Part shown: positions 62,151 through 64,000 of the stretch, piece by piece
How the letters are laid out: each line of letters starts with the position of its first letter
Position numbering within the stretch: position 1 is the first letter of the stretch
From: Cyanobacteria bacterium P01_A01_bin.123
GTDB lineage: Bacteria; Cyanobacteriota; Cyanobacteriia; Phormidesmidales; Phormidesmidaceae
Assembly: GCA_039815185.1 (NCBI GenBank)
Contig: JBCBZT010000004.1
Coordinates: 1 to 64,000 of the forward strand
Reading direction: 5' to 3'
Length of the DNA: 64,000 nt
Translations under genes and position numbers: made by a program
Notes under the pieces: generated by a model
What the model saw: the letters and a program-made list of their open reading frames with translations, nothing else
What the model was told of the DNA's origin: nothing
Database searches by the model: none

Positions 62151-62227
62151 GCGCAGCAATCAATTTTGAGTGAGACCCAGTGGGGGGCTTTCTTTGCCCC
62201 GCCTCAAGTTTTCAAATCGGCTGGGGT

Positions 62228-63445
62228 TTATGAGTCACCTGATGGTGCCTCGACGCAATTCTCAGCGTCATATTGCACGGGTACTTCAAAGAGCAATGCG
62301 CTGAAATTTTCAATAGCGGGAAAATCCTCGGCCTGGGTCGTCTCGACCACCTGTGAAACAGCCAAGCGGTCAAGCCCTAAGTAACCCGTGCTTTTGAGTA
62401 AGGTTGGTTCTTCGGCCAATTCTCCGCCAACATTGAGCATCACGCCAACTTTGGCATTGCTAGGCGAGGGTGACAAACAACTGCTCAAGGGATATTCGAT
62501 CGGTAGTGCAATCGGCTCTGAGGGCTGGAGTTCTGGGTCCTCGGAAACGGTCTGGACGGCGGCGACCCATGCGGCCAGGTTGCTTTGGGCTTCTTCTTCA
62601 GTCGTGCCGTTTGGATTGTAGGTGTAGTTCTCTTGCAGTTCTGCAATCTCACGGTTAAATAAATCGCTGGCGTTGGTGCTGGGTTCAGGGGATCCAGGCA
62701 GCGATCGCGGGTCGACCCCAGCTGTCTCATTCGCAGTCTCAGCGCCAGATTCGGCAGTGGGTTCGGTGCTGTCACCCGCATCAGTCTGGCCGCTGGCCGC
62801 ACCTGGAAATTCTTGTACAAATTCTAGTTCGTCTGGATTGGGTAGGCTAGCTAGCCTCTCATCACCCGGTTGAATTTCGCTAATGCCAGTGCCAGCCTGG
62901 GCTCCATTGCCTTCGCTGCCACTGGCCCCGCCTCCACTGACTTGAGGAGCGCCTGATGGGCTTTGTTGTGCCCCGTTACCCGGGTTGGCTTGCCCGCTAT
63001 TTTGGGCACCAGCTCCCCCAATGTAGGTTGATGCGCCTGACTGATTGAACCCTGAACCCCCGAAGAACCCCCTGGGCACCGGAACCCGCCCTGGCTGAGA
63101 TGATTGTCCTGAGGAACCACTACCACCATCAGTAGGCGACGACCCTATCGGAAATTGAAAAGCACTGTTGGCACTACCATCTGGAACCAGTGAAAAGGGC
63201 CGATCTGAAAAGTTGGGCAGGCGGCTTTGTTCTTCTGGAGATAGGTTGACTAATGGGACGGTTCTTTCGCGATCAAGCTCTTCTGGATTGGCTAGAGAGG
63301 CCAAAGATAGTTTAGATAACTGGGGTGAGGCCACAAACAAAACGGCGTGGATGCCCAACGACGCGATCGCGGCAATGCTAGTCGGCTGGCTCACCAGTTT
63401 CAAAATGCCTTTGGATTTAAATGCCTTGGTCGCCTTCATAGCCAT
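62228..63445 (-). CDS. TonB-like protein (TM anchor, disordered linker, TonB_C-like end)
   Basis: ASLGIHAVLF; YP...C...; LLKSTGYLGLDRLA. Confidence 0.65.
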   Translation of the reverse strand: MAMKATKAFKSKGILKLVSQPTSIAAIASLGIHAVLFVASPQLSKLSLASLANPEELDRERTVPLVNLSPEEQSRLPNFSDRPFSLVPDGSANSAFQFPIGSSPTDGGSGSSGQSSQPGRVPVPRGFFGGSGFNQSGASTYIGGAGAQNSGQANPGNGAQQSPSGAPQVSGGGASGSEGNGAQAGTGISEIQPGDERLASLPNPDELEFVQEFPGAASGQTDAGDSTEPTAESGAETANETAGVDPRSLPGSPEPSTNASDLFNREIAELQENYTYNPNGTTEEEAQSNLAAWVAAVQTVSEDPELQPSEPIALPIEYPLSSCLSPSPSNAKVGVMLNVGGELAEEPTLLKSTGYLGLDRLAVSQVVETTQAEDFPAIENFSALLFEVPVQYDAENCVEAPSGDS

Positions 63446-63638
63446 TCACAAAGAAAAACAAAAAGAAGTATTTACAACGGTGAACCGAGGAAACCCGTGT
63501 CTAAGGACTAGACTCAGCCCCAAAATGTTGCCCAACTGGGCAAATTCTTGTCTCAGTTTAGCGAACTACACCCCATCTGAATTTGAAACCTTGAGCTTTT
63601 ACCTTGGTGAAAACGATGGATCGCAATGGGGCTAACGT

Positions 63639-64000
63639 TTATTGGGAAATGCCATCTGCAACGGGCTGACGCTGCACAATCAGCAAAGAAAAGTAAGACA
63701 GTTCTAAATCGGGTCGTTGGCTTAAATCAGCGTAGATCACCTGATCCTCCCTAGTGGCGTGTTCAACCACATAGCTATATGACAGCAAATCTAGTCGTTG
63801 CAACACTGACCAAACATCTGCATAGACGGAACTTACCTTGATTAAAACCAATACATCGGCCCAGGTGAGCACCGTTTCCAAATCGGTGACGGCATAAAGC
63901 GCCGGCACGATGGCCAGTCGCTGCCCCTGAATCGTTAAGGGAATACCCAATACGGCTGCTGCCGCCAGGGGTGAGCACACGCCAGGGATTGCCTCTACTC
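63639..64000 (-). CDS. cobI: Precorrin-2 C20-methyltransferase (3' part)
   Basis: IPGVCSPLAAAA...LAIVPA...LIKV...LSYFSLLIV. Confidence 0.85.
   Translation of the reverse strand, partial: VEAIPGVCSPLAAAAVLGIPLTIQGQRLAIVPALYAVTDLETVLTWADVLVLIKVSSVYADVWSVLQRLDLLSYSYVVEHATREDQVIYADLSQRPDLELSYFSLLIVQRQPVADGISQ

Overview
Cyanobacterial chromosome window: the HIP1 octamer GCGATCGC is frequent and the gene content looks like a filamentous, Leptolyngbya-type organism (taxonomy inferred). Housekeeping genes include tocopherol cyclase, prfC, lepB, hisZ, suhB, two ferredoxins, recJ, a cytochrome c6 paralogue, cruE/cruH-like carotenoid genes, cobI, tRNA-Arg(CCT) and tRNA-Ser(GGA). Accessory blocks lie between them. 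(1) At 1-2216 a helical Bell-like ORF with a Q/N/G-rich tail is joined in frame, across a single TAG, to an NB-ARC/TPR NLR-like frame that lacks a good start of its own. (2) A decayed tyrosine-integrase element sits at tRNA-Arg next to a DUF433/DUF5615 toxin-antitoxin pair. (3) The 21.7-32.9 kb block encodes NfeD, an HTH-NACHT, a membrane NACHT, twin micro-ORFs, Uma2 and a caspase-like protease. Three of these proteins share a short 'GK(F/Y)x(V/I)x(L/I/V)G...(V/I)GD' motif, suggesting an NLR-to-caspase homotypic (EAD/amyloid-like) signalling system. (4) A two-component/c-di-GMP cluster appears to lack HIP1. Domain names come from motif recognition by eye; no database searches were run.
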